From Eledone cirrhosa (taxonomy: Eukaryota): a stretch of DNA of 64,000 nt. The notes under the pieces were generated by a model. It saw only the letters and a list, made by a program, of their open reading frames with translations. It was not told the origin of the DNA and did no database searches. Position numbers and translations under genes: made by a program. Every line of letters begins with the position of its first letter. Positions within the stretch are counted from its first letter, which is position 1. The DNA is taken from NCBI GenBank assembly GCA_964016885.1, contig OZ024743.1, positions 61,442,001 through 61,506,000 on the forward strand, read 5' to 3'. Shown piece after piece: positions 27,520 to 40,213 of the stretch.

Positions 27520-28085
27520 TCTACACAATACCAACAGCTTTAGGAGAAAGGAAAGTCGATTAAATATTCTCCAGTGCATTACTGGTACTTTATTTTTTCA
27601 GAACGTAAAGGGCCATGCTTATATGTCACAAAGCTTGCTGTCCGACGCTATATCAATACTGCTAGTCCAACGCCCTATCAATAATTGTTTCTGATTTAGG
27701 CACAAAGCCAGCAATTTTGGGAAAAGGAAATAAGTCGATCATATCAACCCGAGTACATTACTGGTACTTTATTTTATCGATCCCGTAAAGATGAAAGGCA
27801 AAGCTAACCTCGACAAAATTTGAAATCAGAACATGAAGGGCTATAACTAAATCTCGCATAGCATGCTGCTCGACGCTCTATCGATACTGTCAATCCAACG
27901 CGCTATCAATAATGGTTTCTTATATAGGCACAAGGCCAGCAATTTGGAAGGAGGGGAAAGTCGATTAAATCTACCCCAGTGCATGACTGGTACTTTATTT
28001 TACTGACGCCGTAAGGATGAAAGGCAAAGTTAACCCCGGCGGGATTTGAACTCAGATCATAAAGGGCCGTAAACGCGCTATCAAT
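27520..28085 (-). mobile_element. Tandem array of three SINE-M units
   Basis: Three diverged units, each ending in cg(c/g)ctatcaataat. Confidence 0.8.
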
Positions 28086-28665
28086 AATGACAATAGATTC
28101 CTTTCTTAATTTCTTTAATCATTATCAAACATAATTTAATCTTAAACAATTTCTTTCACATCATTCTAAATTTACATTATTTTTATTTATATTATTTCTA
28201 CAGATATGACAAAAAAAAAAAATATTTATGAATGTTGCATTTCTTGCATGTTGCGATATTTCTTTTAGTAAGAAATCATTCAGAATTTACATATACAGAT
28301 CAATTAGTTATTGCTAACCCTCCAATGTGCAACCTATTCTCCGAAATCAAATAATTTCGCTTTACATTTTGATAAGCTGATAAACATAATTTTTTTAATT
28401 TCTTGGTCTAATCAGATGAAGAAAATTAGTAAAATTGCATTCTCCAAAACACTACTCAGGTGTCAAGATGTTGAGTTATTTATTTAAATGCAAAACTAAG
28501 GGTTTTAAATAAGGACATCGAGCCTATCTCTCAAAAACAGAAACGCATCATACACACGGAATCTATTGTATACACACACACACACACATATATATATATA
28601 CATATACAAGCAAATTATAAATGTAAACATGTAAGTATGTTTTTGAAACGGTGCGCGAGTTTGAA

Positions 28666-28827
28666 AATTAGAAATTATAAGCTTTCACCGTATTTTAGAC
28701 TAAAGAAATTTCTAGCCTGATAGTGGGGTTTATAACCCTCGGAGAAATGGAAAAAGATGAGTGTTGCCACTATCAGGCTAGAAATTTCTTTAGTCTAAAA
28801 TACGGTGAAAGCTTATAATTTCTAATT
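28666..28827. repeat. Perfect 61-bp inverted repeat with a 40-bp spacer
   Basis: aattagaaattataagctttc...ctgatagtgg / ccactatcag...gaaagcttataatttctaatt. Confidence 0.95.
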
Positions 28828-28880
28828 TCTAATATATACATATATATCTAGGAGGTCAAGTATGTAAAAATCACTAAATA

Positions 28881-28928
28881 GCTTCTCTGAAGAATACAAA
28901 CCTCGATTTCGACGAAACAATTGTAAGC
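28881..28928 (+). ncRNA. Degenerate minimal hammerhead motif at a PLE-like 3' end
   Basis: CTGAAGA...C-GAAA-CAATTG-TA-AGC, then an AT-rich tail into (TA)n; stem II is weak. Confidence 0.5.
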
Positions 28929-29001
28929 AAATAAATGATTTAAACTGAACTTTGATTCATGTAATTTCTATATATATATATATATATCTACATATTTACT
29001 G

Positions 29002-29086
<85 letters not shown>

Positions 29087-29127
29087 GTATATATATATGT
29101 GTGTATACAAATATATATGTATATATG

Positions 29128-29173
<46 letters not shown>

Positions 29174-29179
29174 CATATA

Positions 29180-29231
<52 letters not shown>

Positions 29232-29237
29232 CATATA

Positions 29238-29288
<51 letters not shown>

Positions 29289-29371
29289 GTATGTATATAT
29301 ATATGTATATATATGTGTATATATTTATATATATACATATATATATATATATGTATGTATATATATATGTA

Positions 29372-29991
29372 TGTCAGGTCACCAGTTGGTCACCAGTTGG
29401 TGCTACTGGTAACATGTATCCCAGTACAACCTGTCTCATGGTCGGGTCGTTGGCGACTAAACTGGCAACCCCACCAAGGTTTCTTGGTGAGGAGGGTGAC
29501 TTTGGACATCCTGCAGGACTAAAAACAAGACCTGTCAAAGGGCAAAGGAGCTCTTAAGAGTCAATGGCCATCCAAAATCACAGGGAGAGATGACCCCTTA
29601 GCCTTTGTCAAGGCAGAATTCTAGGAGAAGGAAAACTCTGATATAACACCTGCAACCCTGATGGTATCCAATGATGTTGACTTGTTCTTCTTTTTGGTAA
29701 ATATCATCTTGGTTAAGAGAGTGGGACTGGCTTTGTGCAGTGCCTTTGCTCACTATAAAAGCTTCACGGCACAGGCATTGCTTTGTATCTGGAGATATCT
29801 CTGCACTTGTCATCACATGTACCATGGGCCCAGCACTATATGTCAATAATGGTCACAAGTGGGGTGTTTGTGCTAGAGTTTTCAAGTCGGTGGCTGGACT
29901 AAAAAGTCACACTCGTTCAGCGCATCGGTAGGGGTTCTCCTACATGGATATAAAGTAGTGGCCGTACTCGAAAACGAGTTGGCAGCCACCA
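29372..29991 (+). mobile_element. Bipartite RTE derivative, copy 3
   Basis: Reverse complement of 10160-10770; flanked by TA/TGTA repeats. Confidence 0.8.
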
Positions 29992-30037
29992 TATATATAT
30001 GTATATATGTATGTATATATATATATATGTGTGTGTA

Positions 30038-30218
30038 ACGTTAGAGCGACGGACAACATGATATGCGGCATAGAGTTACCGTCGTCTACGTTCTGAGATC
30101 AAATCCCGCCGAGGTTAGCTTTGCCTTTCATTCTGACGGGGGCGATGAAATAATGTACCAGTAATGCACTGGAGTCGATTTAATCGAATTTCCCCTACCC
30201 CAAGATTGTTGGCCTTGT
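30038..30218 (+). mobile_element. SINE-M copy
   Basis: aaatcccgccgaggttagctttgcctttcattctgacggggg. Confidence 0.8.
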
Positions 30219-30308
30219 ATATATATATATATATATTATTAGAAAGTGTGGTTGTTTTTACAAAATGAAAAATAACCGAGGTGTCCTACACGAGTGAAAA
30301 TATAAAGT

Positions 30309-30577
30309 AAAAAAGATGAAATCGAAAATGCAACTGGAGTCTTATTTAAAAATATATATATATTTATTTGGTTCCTTTACCGGTTTCGCAGTTTTTCTGC
30401 TTTTCAAAAGTAGAGTTGAGATGGAGGGTCTGTGGTTTTTCTCACAAAAACCACAGACCCTCCATCTCAACTCTACTTTTGAAAAGCAGAAAAACTGCGA
30501 AACCGGTAAAGGAACCAAATAAATATATATATATTTTTAAATAAGTCTCCAGTTGCATTTTCGATTTCATCTTTTTT
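30309..30577. repeat. About 270-bp near-perfect palindrome carrying a U3-A8 hammerhead variant in each arm
   Basis: Arms 30309-30440 and 30446-30577, loop CTCAC; 30476-30511 reads CTT-TTGAAAA-GCAG(AAAAA)CTGC-GAAA-CCGG-TA-AAG. Confidence 0.9.
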
Positions 30578-31394
30578 TCTCTCTCTCTCTCTATATATAT
30601 ATTTATGTAATAAACAACACAATGTAATTATTCCATTACCCAAGGTTTCACGAAGTTAGACGATTCTAACAGAAACGTCCAATATCGTTCATTAATAGAA
30701 ATCTTTATTTAGGATATAAAATAGGAAATTAAAATCTATTATAAATGAAAGTGAGGCTGAAATAAAATAACGGAAAAAATACATGTACATACAGGTTCAG
30801 ATATACGTAGATGCGCCCATACGTAAAATTAGGGAAAAGATATATATATATACACACACATAGACACACTTATATGAATATACATGTATACACATGCATA
30901 CATATCAATATTCATATCCATATATATATCTATATACATATAGACACATGGGTGCATGTGTTTAAAAACCATCATAGGTATATACACACACATAGAATAC
31001 GGATGAGCACATATATATATATGTACATACACATAAATAAAAACATATACTGAATATATATATATGAAAATATGAGATGAAAAAAGCATTATAAAAAGTA
31101 AATAGAAAGTAAATAAAAAAAATGTGCGAAACCAGACAGTGGTAAAATAACTACGCATGTATATTACGTATATATACACACACATATATAGATACGCATG
31201 TATGTGGACCCACACATATATACGCAAAATAAGCAGACAGGCGTAGGAAAATCAAATAAAATTTAAGAACATAAAAAATCCGCGTATATATAAAAATAGC
31301 GAATATTGAAATATATATATATATATAGACGCATGAAATAGCATACAAATAAACATGTACACACACAACCATACACACATACAGATACACACAG

Positions 31395-31481
<87 letters not shown>

Positions 31482-31793
31482 AATACATACATATACATAA
31501 ATAAATACATACAGCTATGCATACATACGCATATATGTAAATATATGCATATATGCATATACCCACACATATACACATATACATAGAAATATAAGGACAA
31601 TATATATATATGCATACACATACACAAGTACACACACTATACATAGAGCTCTGGAATCAAAAGCTTGTCGGACCTCTGCTGTTGTAACAACAGCAGAGCT
31701 CCAACGTGCTTTTGATTCCAGAGTCGGGCTAGATCGATACAGATCCACCCTTGAGCTGATCAATATATTATTATTATTATTATTATTATTATT

Positions 31794-32780
31794 ACAGTTG
31801 CATTTATCTTGCTTTATGTTCATACGAGTTATCACCAAGTCACAACCAGTGACCTCAAGAGACAACAAGGTCCGCCATGTTCAAGAAAGAACATACATAT
31901 TCACACATGCATCTTTAGTGTTTAGACTTGTGATGTACTTATATTGACAGAATCTTCCTTAGTATATGGGCAGTTCCCATTAATACTATCTTTTGTATTT
32001 CTCCTATACGCGGGTTTCCTGGGATTTGCGATAAGTAATCATTAGACCCCTTAGGTATCATTCCTAGAGCGCCTACAACCGCTGGTATTGTTTTAGTTCT
32101 CAATTTCCATATTTTGCCAATTTCTATCTCCAGGTCCTTATACTTGCTTAATTTTTCAAATGTTTTTATAGAGACATTCTTGTCTATTGGAACGGACATA
32201 TCAATTAGCAGGCATACCCTCTTTTTAAAGTCCTTCAGGTCTATTTGCATCTATTTTTCGGTCTGTTTGAATGCTAAAGTTCCACAAGATTGAGATGTGA
32301 TCTTTTTCAAATATGGGAGGTGGTTGATGCTCCCACCAATTCTTTTGATGGGGCAGGTCAAAATGCTTACACATTATCCAATGTATGTATTGTGCTACTC
32401 TGTCATGCCTGTTTAGGTATTCGGTTGGAGCTATAGGAGTGCGCATTGATATTATATGATCAATGGTCTCTGGTTGTTTTTTTACATACACGGCATAATG
32501 GGTTGCATCCACTTTTTATTATGTTGGCTTGGTAATTTTTTGTTGGCAGACACTGATCTAATCAGTCCTTCAGTCTCCGATTTCAGTCCAGAGGATGCCA
32601 ACCACTGATGGGTTAAAGTTTTGTCAACATCAGGATTATTAGCTCGTTCTGGGTATTTTCCACACAGAGGCTTTTCTTGCCATTTCTTAGCCAGTTTCTG
32701 TAGGAGTTCTTTCTTTGTAGTTACTTTTACTTGCTTTGCCTTTTCTGTGTTTTCCATTTCAACAGTTAATGGAACTTCTT
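31794..32780 (-). mobile_element. 5'-truncated Dong/R4-clade LINE (RLE domain) inserted in (TAA)n
   Basis: LKSETEG, ETIDHII, YLNRHDRVAQYIHW, QTDRKIDANRP, LLIDMSVP..EKLSKYKDL..VVGALG; (TAA)n at both ends. Confidence 0.85.
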
Positions 32781-32817
32781 TATTATTAATATTATTATTA
32801 TTATTATTATTATTATT

Positions 32818-35800
32818 GGTGACCTACGTAGTAAATCGTATCATCGTGAGCTCCGCAAAGGTTTGTTGTTTTCGTTTGTTTAAAATTGCCATTTATGGAA
32901 AAGTTTTATTGTTAGCTGTATATAAGTGCATATACATTGTTTTCCGAAAAGGACACTCAAAAAGATTGGGGCCTTGAGCCCAAAATTTAAACTTTTATAA
33001 TTATAAAAAAAAAACTTTCTTTGAAAAAAACATGAACGACTCACAGCCACACGAAGCTGACAGCCTTCCTCACAAACTAACACCTCACACCGACACCACC
33101 ATTGTAAATATTACTACGTTTGCCAACACTAAAAATATAAGCAGTAGCAATATTTTAAATTTGTCTCAGGCAGATATTCATTTCCCGCCATTACCAATGA
33201 CTGCAGGTGTTAAAGCCGCCGCCACCACCACCACCACCGCAACAACCACTACCCCACCACCACCGCGACAACAGAAACAAAAGTAAAAAAGAAATTAACT
33301 CGTGATATCGAAATGAATTCAACCAAAATGAACTCTTCCACACCGAACACCACTGACGCCACCACCACCACAACTGAAACTAAAATTAACAATAGCAAAA
33401 ATAACGATAACAACAACAGCAACAATGAAATTAAGAAAACTACCCTGAGTTTTGCCAGAGTAGCAAAAACGGCGAAGCATTTCAGATAACTCAGGAGGAA
33501 TTAGAAGAAGGCCAAAGGAATGGTAAAGAAAGATGGGTACAGGGTCAGCCTCACCCCCCCACCTAATAAAATGGAGCAACGTCGCCTATGCACCGTGTCT
33601 TATCGGACAATAAACATAAAATCGCGCCGAGTGGAACGGGCATCCGAGTCCCAAATCCAAAAAGCTTTGGGATATGTGTGGGCAAAAAAACCCCACATCA
33701 GACGTGGGCAAAAAAATTGGAACCGTGGACGTGTTCTTTGAAACACCACAGGAGGCTAGAGAACACTCCATGGCCCCATTAAGAAGTGACGACTTTACAC
33801 TCGTCCCAAGCATTTGTGGCCAAAGACTCATAAAGATCAGGATCACCCACGTTCCACCGGCCATCGAAAATCCCTGGCTAATAGCTGCCGTCCTCGCCGG
33901 CATCGAAGCCAACACCAAGATAATCTAAATAGCGAAAGAAAAGCAGGAGAACTGGTCCGGATCTGCGATGGAGCTCCTGATCCAAGCGAACCAAAAAAGC
34001 ATTGAGGAGATCCCAGAGGTAATAGACCTCACTGACGGCAGCCACCTCACCGTAATTGTCGAGGGCAGAAGGCCTAGGTGTGTCGTTTGTGGTGAAGGAA
34101 CCCACCTAAGGGCTTTCTGCCCTCAGGCTAAAAGGTTGAGGCCACCTCTTCTGCCCACCCCAGTGACTCAACCATCAACACCACCAGCAGCAGAGATGGC
34201 AGCAACAACTGTAGCAGCAACAACAGAAGCAACTGTAACAGCAACAACCCCAGCAACAGTAGCAAAACCAACACCACCACCACCAACGCGCCAGAACTAG
34301 CACCAGTGCCTACACCATCCACCACGCCACAACCAAAACCAACGCCTGTGGAGGATTTTCCACTCCCCGGCCTATTACAACTGGAGACAGATTGTGACGA
34401 CGAGGAGTGGGAAACGGTATCAGCAAAAAAGAAAAGAAGAAACCAAACAAGAAAAAAATCTCTTCCTTCCCCCTCCAAAAACAAAATACAGAGGGAAACA
34501 AATAAACTATCAAACAAAATAGTTAGGACAGATATGCCACCATCCACACCAGCATCAACAACCCCATCACCACCATCACCAACACTACAAAAGTCACCAA
34601 AAAGCGAAACAGAAACAAACCCACAACAAACGCAAACAAAACAAAACAACCAAAACGATACACACTACAGAGCATTACATTTGAACAACAACCAATTATT
34701 ACACTACATCCAACACAACACCAGTATCACAGAAAAAGACTACACAACAACCCAAAGGTTCACACCACCTCCACACATACAAATCACTCGCATCACACAG
34801 AAAACGTACACGACACTAAAACAAAAATTCCCTAAAGACATCGGAGACTTCCGACAAGCACTCTCCAGGAGGATTTATAAGGACATCCTTCCGGAGGAGG
34901 CCACAAGCATTGAAAAGGGTGGAGAAACCATCCTTCCTCTACGAGAAGTAAGGTAAGTGGTCTTTCCCATCTTTTCCACTTCATTTCAACATGACCTCAC
35001 TCAGAATAGGCAGTATAAATGCGCGTGGCTTGGGGTCGTCATGGAAGCAGGGCCAACTTCTCAACGACCTCAGGTCACTAAACATAGATGTAGTGGCAAT
35101 CAGCGAGAGCAGAATGTCCGAAGAACGGGTCTTCGCACCGTTCTTCGGCGGCTACGATGTGTACGCATCTCTCAGCCGTCCTAGATTGGGGGGTGGAGTT
35201 GCTGTGCTTTTTAGGAGAGGTTTGGATCTCGAATACGGGCCATCTTCCTGGACCCAGAAGGTAAGTTGGTGGTGCTGGACGTGACCAGCAGAGACGGGCA
35301 ACCTTTCAGGCTAGTGGCCGTCTATGCCCCGACAGGAGCAGGGCGGCCTGATTTCTTCCGGCGTCTTGAGACCTTTCTTGGAACGTCCCGCTCTTTAGTG
35401 TTAGTGGGCGACTGGAACGGGATCTTAGATGCACGCTGGGATGTGTGGGATTAGCGGATAGGCGAGGAGCGTGCAAGAGCCTCACCAACCTGCTCAGGCG
35501 TTTGGAACTGTCTGACAGGTACCGATTGGATTTCCCGAATGTGCCAATGTGGACTTGGACAAATCGCATAGGGTCATCCAGATCATATCTAGATAGAGTA
35601 TTTTGTAGGGAAATAGATAGGTCTAGCATAGGCTGTCCACAATTCAAGATAGTCAGCTACACGGACCACAAATTCGTGATCTGTGTGCTTGACTTAGATA
35701 GGCTTCATAGACGAGGACCCGGCTACTGGAAGCTAAACGCGTCCTTACCAGCGCGCAAGGCCTACAGAGACCGGATTAGCGAACTAGTTAAGCGGGCGTT

Positions 35801-37957
35801 GACGGGGGCCATCGTCAACAACAAGTGGTGGTTTGCTCTGAAAAGAGCGATTAGAATAGAGTCCATTATATTTAGTAAGGTTTTAGCAATAGAGAAAAAT
35901 AGATCAGAGGGAGAACTAGTTAGAAAATTAGACGAGGCGCTTAGCAAAGGCATCGCGACCGACGTACTTGCGGCGAAATTGGCCCTCGACCAATTCTTCA
36001 ATGCAAAGCACGAAGACTGCGTTGTCAGAGCTAGGGTGCGTGCTCTCAGGCACGAGGGGACGAAAGCCGTTCAATGGGCCCGAGTGGCGGAGGCGCGTCG
36101 TGGCAACAAAGCCACGATCCGGTCTTTGGTGGACCACGACGGGCGCATGCTACTCGATCCCGGGCAAATGTGTGAAGCTTTCCAGCGACACTTCGCCCAG
36201 CTGTTCGGGGGCAGCGACGGGCCGAACCGGGGGATGGACTTTAGTGTCTACCTCGACGGACTGCCGCGGCTCTCGGCCACTGAGGCGGAGTGTTGCGATA
36301 AGCCGATCACAGCCGCTGAAGTACAGGAGGCAATGACTAGCTGCACAAGGGGTAAATCGCCTAGTTTGGATGGTCTGCCCTATGAACTTTACGTACAGAT
36401 GCCAGACTTGTTCGGAGGCCTCTTGGCGGACGTCTACTGCAACTGGCAACAGAAGGGGAGAATTCCCAGCTCTGTGAGCCGAGGAGCTGCGACGCTGCTG
36501 AGAAAGGATCCGAACAAGGGGGATAACATAGATAATTTCCGGCCCATAACTCTGCTAAACACAGAGTTCAAGATTTTGGCCAAGGTGCTAGCAAAGAGGT
36601 TGGCGCTTGTCGTTGGTGGTCTCGTGGGAGAGGCGCAGACGTGCGCCATTCCCGACAGATCCATCCACGACAACCTCCACCTCATGCGATACATCGTAGA
36701 GAGGGTAGCTAGGGAACCTGACACGGGTGGGTCCTTGATCAATTTAGATCAGTCGAAAGCTTTCGATAGGGTCGACCATCGTTACCTAGCGGCAGTCCTG
36801 AGGGCGGCTGGCTTTGGGCCCGTCTTCAGAGGCTGAATCGCTGCCGTGCACAGCGACATCTGCTCTGTGGTGAGAGTGAACGGTCACCTGTCGGAACCGT
36901 TCAACATCATGCGCTCGGTCCGCCAAGGATGTCCCCCCTCGTCCCTCTTGTACGTATTGACTCTCAAGCCATTTCTGCACAAACTGGAGACGTTGAGGGG
37001 GATCCCGCGTGAACTAGGATGCGGAAGATCCGTGTCAGCATATGCCGACGATGTCACTGTAGTGGTGTCGGAGTCCTGGGTGCAACGAAGGTGAAACGAA
37101 GACCGAGAGGGAGCGCTTGGAGACTGGAATGTCTTCAGGAGCTCACAGCCCTCGACCAATCGGGCATTGTGATCGGTGGAAACTCCACCTTGGCGTTCTA
37201 TAGAGGATTAGTGGAGGGGAAGAGCGACGACGTACTTGGAGAAACTCTAGGCGTCGACGAAAATCAACTAGCCAATCTCTTCGGAAGAACTTTCGGGCCG
37301 GGGCCTATGGACAACTTCCAGAAATCCCTGGCCTGGCAGTGCTACCGAGGAGCTTTGCCAGTTCGGGATAAACTCTACAGGCATAGAGTTGACGTCAGCC
37401 GGGCATGTCCGAGATGCGCGCAGGGCGACGAAATCGTCTTGCAGGCTATCGTCCAGTGTCCGTGCATTGCTGACTTGTGGGTTTATTTCGAACACCTGCT
37501 GTCCAGTGTAGGACGGATCCAGCTATCAGCTGAGTCCACCGTGAGGATTACCCCGCCCTCTTCCTTTAGCCGGGAAGGGCAGGCAGTTTTTATCTGTCTG
37601 GTGGCCATGGTGAAAGAGATAGTATGTGGACACGTTTGAAAGGGCTGAAGACGAGCACTTACCTCTTGGGTGATGCCCTGATTAACTTTTTCAAATTTCA
37701 TTTGAAAAGGAAAATCAGGGTAGAGAGGCAAGTGCTCTCTTTGCAGCATTTTGTTGAAAGATGGGTGAGAGAAGCAAGTATGGCCCGAGGGACTGGGCCT
37801 ACTCTGAGTATATGTCTGTAAATTAAAAGTAGAAAACTGGGAGAGGGCACTTGCTCTGGTGGTCAGGGTCACTGTGGCCTTTTAATGGGCTTTCTGTATT
37901 GTCCTGTACTGTCCTTAATGTCTACTTTATGTAAACCCTTGTGGTTAATAAAGAAAG

Positions 37958-37958
<1 letters not shown>
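32818..37958 (+). mobile_element. Tx1/L1-clade LINE, copy 1 (full 5' end, frameshifts, about 600-bp deletion in ORF2)
   Basis: ORF1 with CX2CX4HX4C knuckle; ORF2 with APE (SINARGL, YAP, GDWN, DRVF, TDH) and RT (YADD); AATAAA plus (ATT)n tail. Confidence 0.92.
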
Positions 37959-38003
<45 letters not shown>

Positions 38004-38211
38004 GGCGACCTACGTAGTAAATCGTATCATCGTGAGCTCCGCAAAGGTTTGTTATTTCCGTTTGTTAAAAATTGCCATTTATGGAAAATTTTATTGTTAA
38101 CTGTTTATAAGCACACATACATTGTTTTCCGAATAGGACACCCAAAAAGATTGGGGCCTTGTGCCCAAAATTTTAACTTTTATTATTATCAACAAATTTC
38201 TTTGAAAAAAA

Positions 38212-40179
38212 ATGGCTACTTCACCTCTGCACGAAGCAACTGAAAGCCTTCCTCACAAAATAACACCTCACACCGACACCACCATTGTAAATGTTACTAC
38301 GTTTGCCAACACAAAAAAAAATATAAGCAGTAGCAATATTTTAAATTTGTCTCAGGCAGACATTCATTTCCCGCCATTACCAATGACTGCAGGTGTTAAA
38401 GCCTCCACCACCACCACCACCGCGACAACAGAAACAAAAGAAGAAAAAAATAAATTAACTCGTGATGTCGAAATGAAATCAAGCAAAATGGACTCTTCCC
38501 CACCAAAGACGACTGACGTCACCACCACCACAACTGAAACTAAAATTAATATTAACACAAATAACGATAGCAACAACAACAACAATGACATTATAACCCC
38601 CCCCCCCTCAGTTTCGCCAGAGTGGCAAAACAATTCGAAGCATTCACGGTATCTCAAGAGGATTTAGAAAATGCCAAACAAATGGTAAAGAAAGATGGGT
38701 ACAGGGTCAGCCTCACCCCCCACCTAATAAAATGGAGCATCGGCGCCTATGCACCGTGTCGTATAGAACAATAAATGTAAAATCGCGCCGAGTGGAACGG
38801 GCATCCGAGTCCCAAATCCAAAAAGCTTTGGGACATGTGTGGGCAAGAAAATCCCACATCAGACGTGGGCAAAAGTATGGAACCGTGGATGTGTTCTTTG
38901 AAACACCAGAGGAGGCTAGAGAACACTCCATGGCCCCATTAAAAAGTGACGACTTCACACTCGTCCCAAGCTATTGTGGCCAGAGACTCGTAAAGATCAG
39001 GGTGACCCACGTTCCACCGGCCATCGAAATTCCCTGGCTAATAGCGGCTGTCCTCGCCGGCATCGAAACCAACACGAAAATAATAGCAATAGCAAAAGAA
39101 AAGCAGGAAAACTGGTCCGGATCTGGGATGGAGCTCCTAATCCAAGCGGACCAAAAAAGCATTGAGGAGATCCCAGAGGTAATAGACCTCACTGACGGCA
39201 GCCACCTCACGGTAATTGTCGAGGGCAGAAGACCTAGGTGTGTCGTTTGTGGTGAAGGAACCCACCTAAGAGCTTTCTGCCCTCAGGCTAAAAGGTTGAG
39301 GCCACCTCTCCTACCCACCCCAGTGACACAACCATCAACACCACCAGTAGCAGAGATGGCAACAACAACTGTAGCAGCAACAACAGAAGCAACTATAACA
39401 GCAACAACCCCAGCAACAGTAGCAAAACCAACACCACTACCACCACCAGCAAAACCAACACCACCACCACCCAACGCTTCAGAACTAGCACCAGCGCCTA
39501 CACCATCCACCACACCACAACCAAAACTAACGGCTGTGGAGGATTTTCCACTCCCCGGCCTATCACAACTGGAGACAGATTGTGACGACGAGGAGTGGGA
39601 AACGATACCCGGAAAAAAAACAGAAACCAAAAAATAAAAAATTCTCTTCCTTCCCCCTCCAAAAACAAAATACAGAGGGAAACAAATAAACTAAGAAACA
39701 AAAAAGTTAGGACAGATATGCCACCATCCACACCAGTATCACCAACCCCATCAACCCAAACACCAACACCATCACCATCATTAACTCCAACACCACCATC
39801 ACCTACACCACAAAAGTCACCAAAATGCGAAACAGAAACAAACCCACAACAAACGCAAACAAAACAAAACAACCAAAACGATACACACTACACAGCATTA
39901 AATTTGAACAACAAGCAATTATTACACTACATCCAACACAACACCAGCATCACAGAAAAAGACTACACAACAACTCCAAAATTCACACCACCTCCACACA
40001 TACAAATCACTCGCATCACACTGCAAACGTACATGACACTAAAACAAAAATTCCCCAAAGACATCGGAGACTTCCGACAAGCACTCTCCAGGAGGATTTA
40101 TAAGGACATCCTTCCTGAGGAGGCCACAAGCAGTGAAAAGGATGGAAAAACCGTCCTTCCCCTACGAGAAGTAAGGTAA
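38212..40179 (+). pseudogene. ORF1 (Gag-like: RRM-like region, CCHC knuckle, Pro/Thr-rich linker), frameshifted at homopolymer runs
   Basis: Track ORFs 38212-38667, 38732-39637 and 39595-40179 join across C/A runs; RRPRCVVCGEGTHLRAFCP. Confidence 0.8.
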
Positions 40180-40213
40180 GTGGTCTTTCCCATCTTTTCC
40201 ACTCCTTTTCAAC

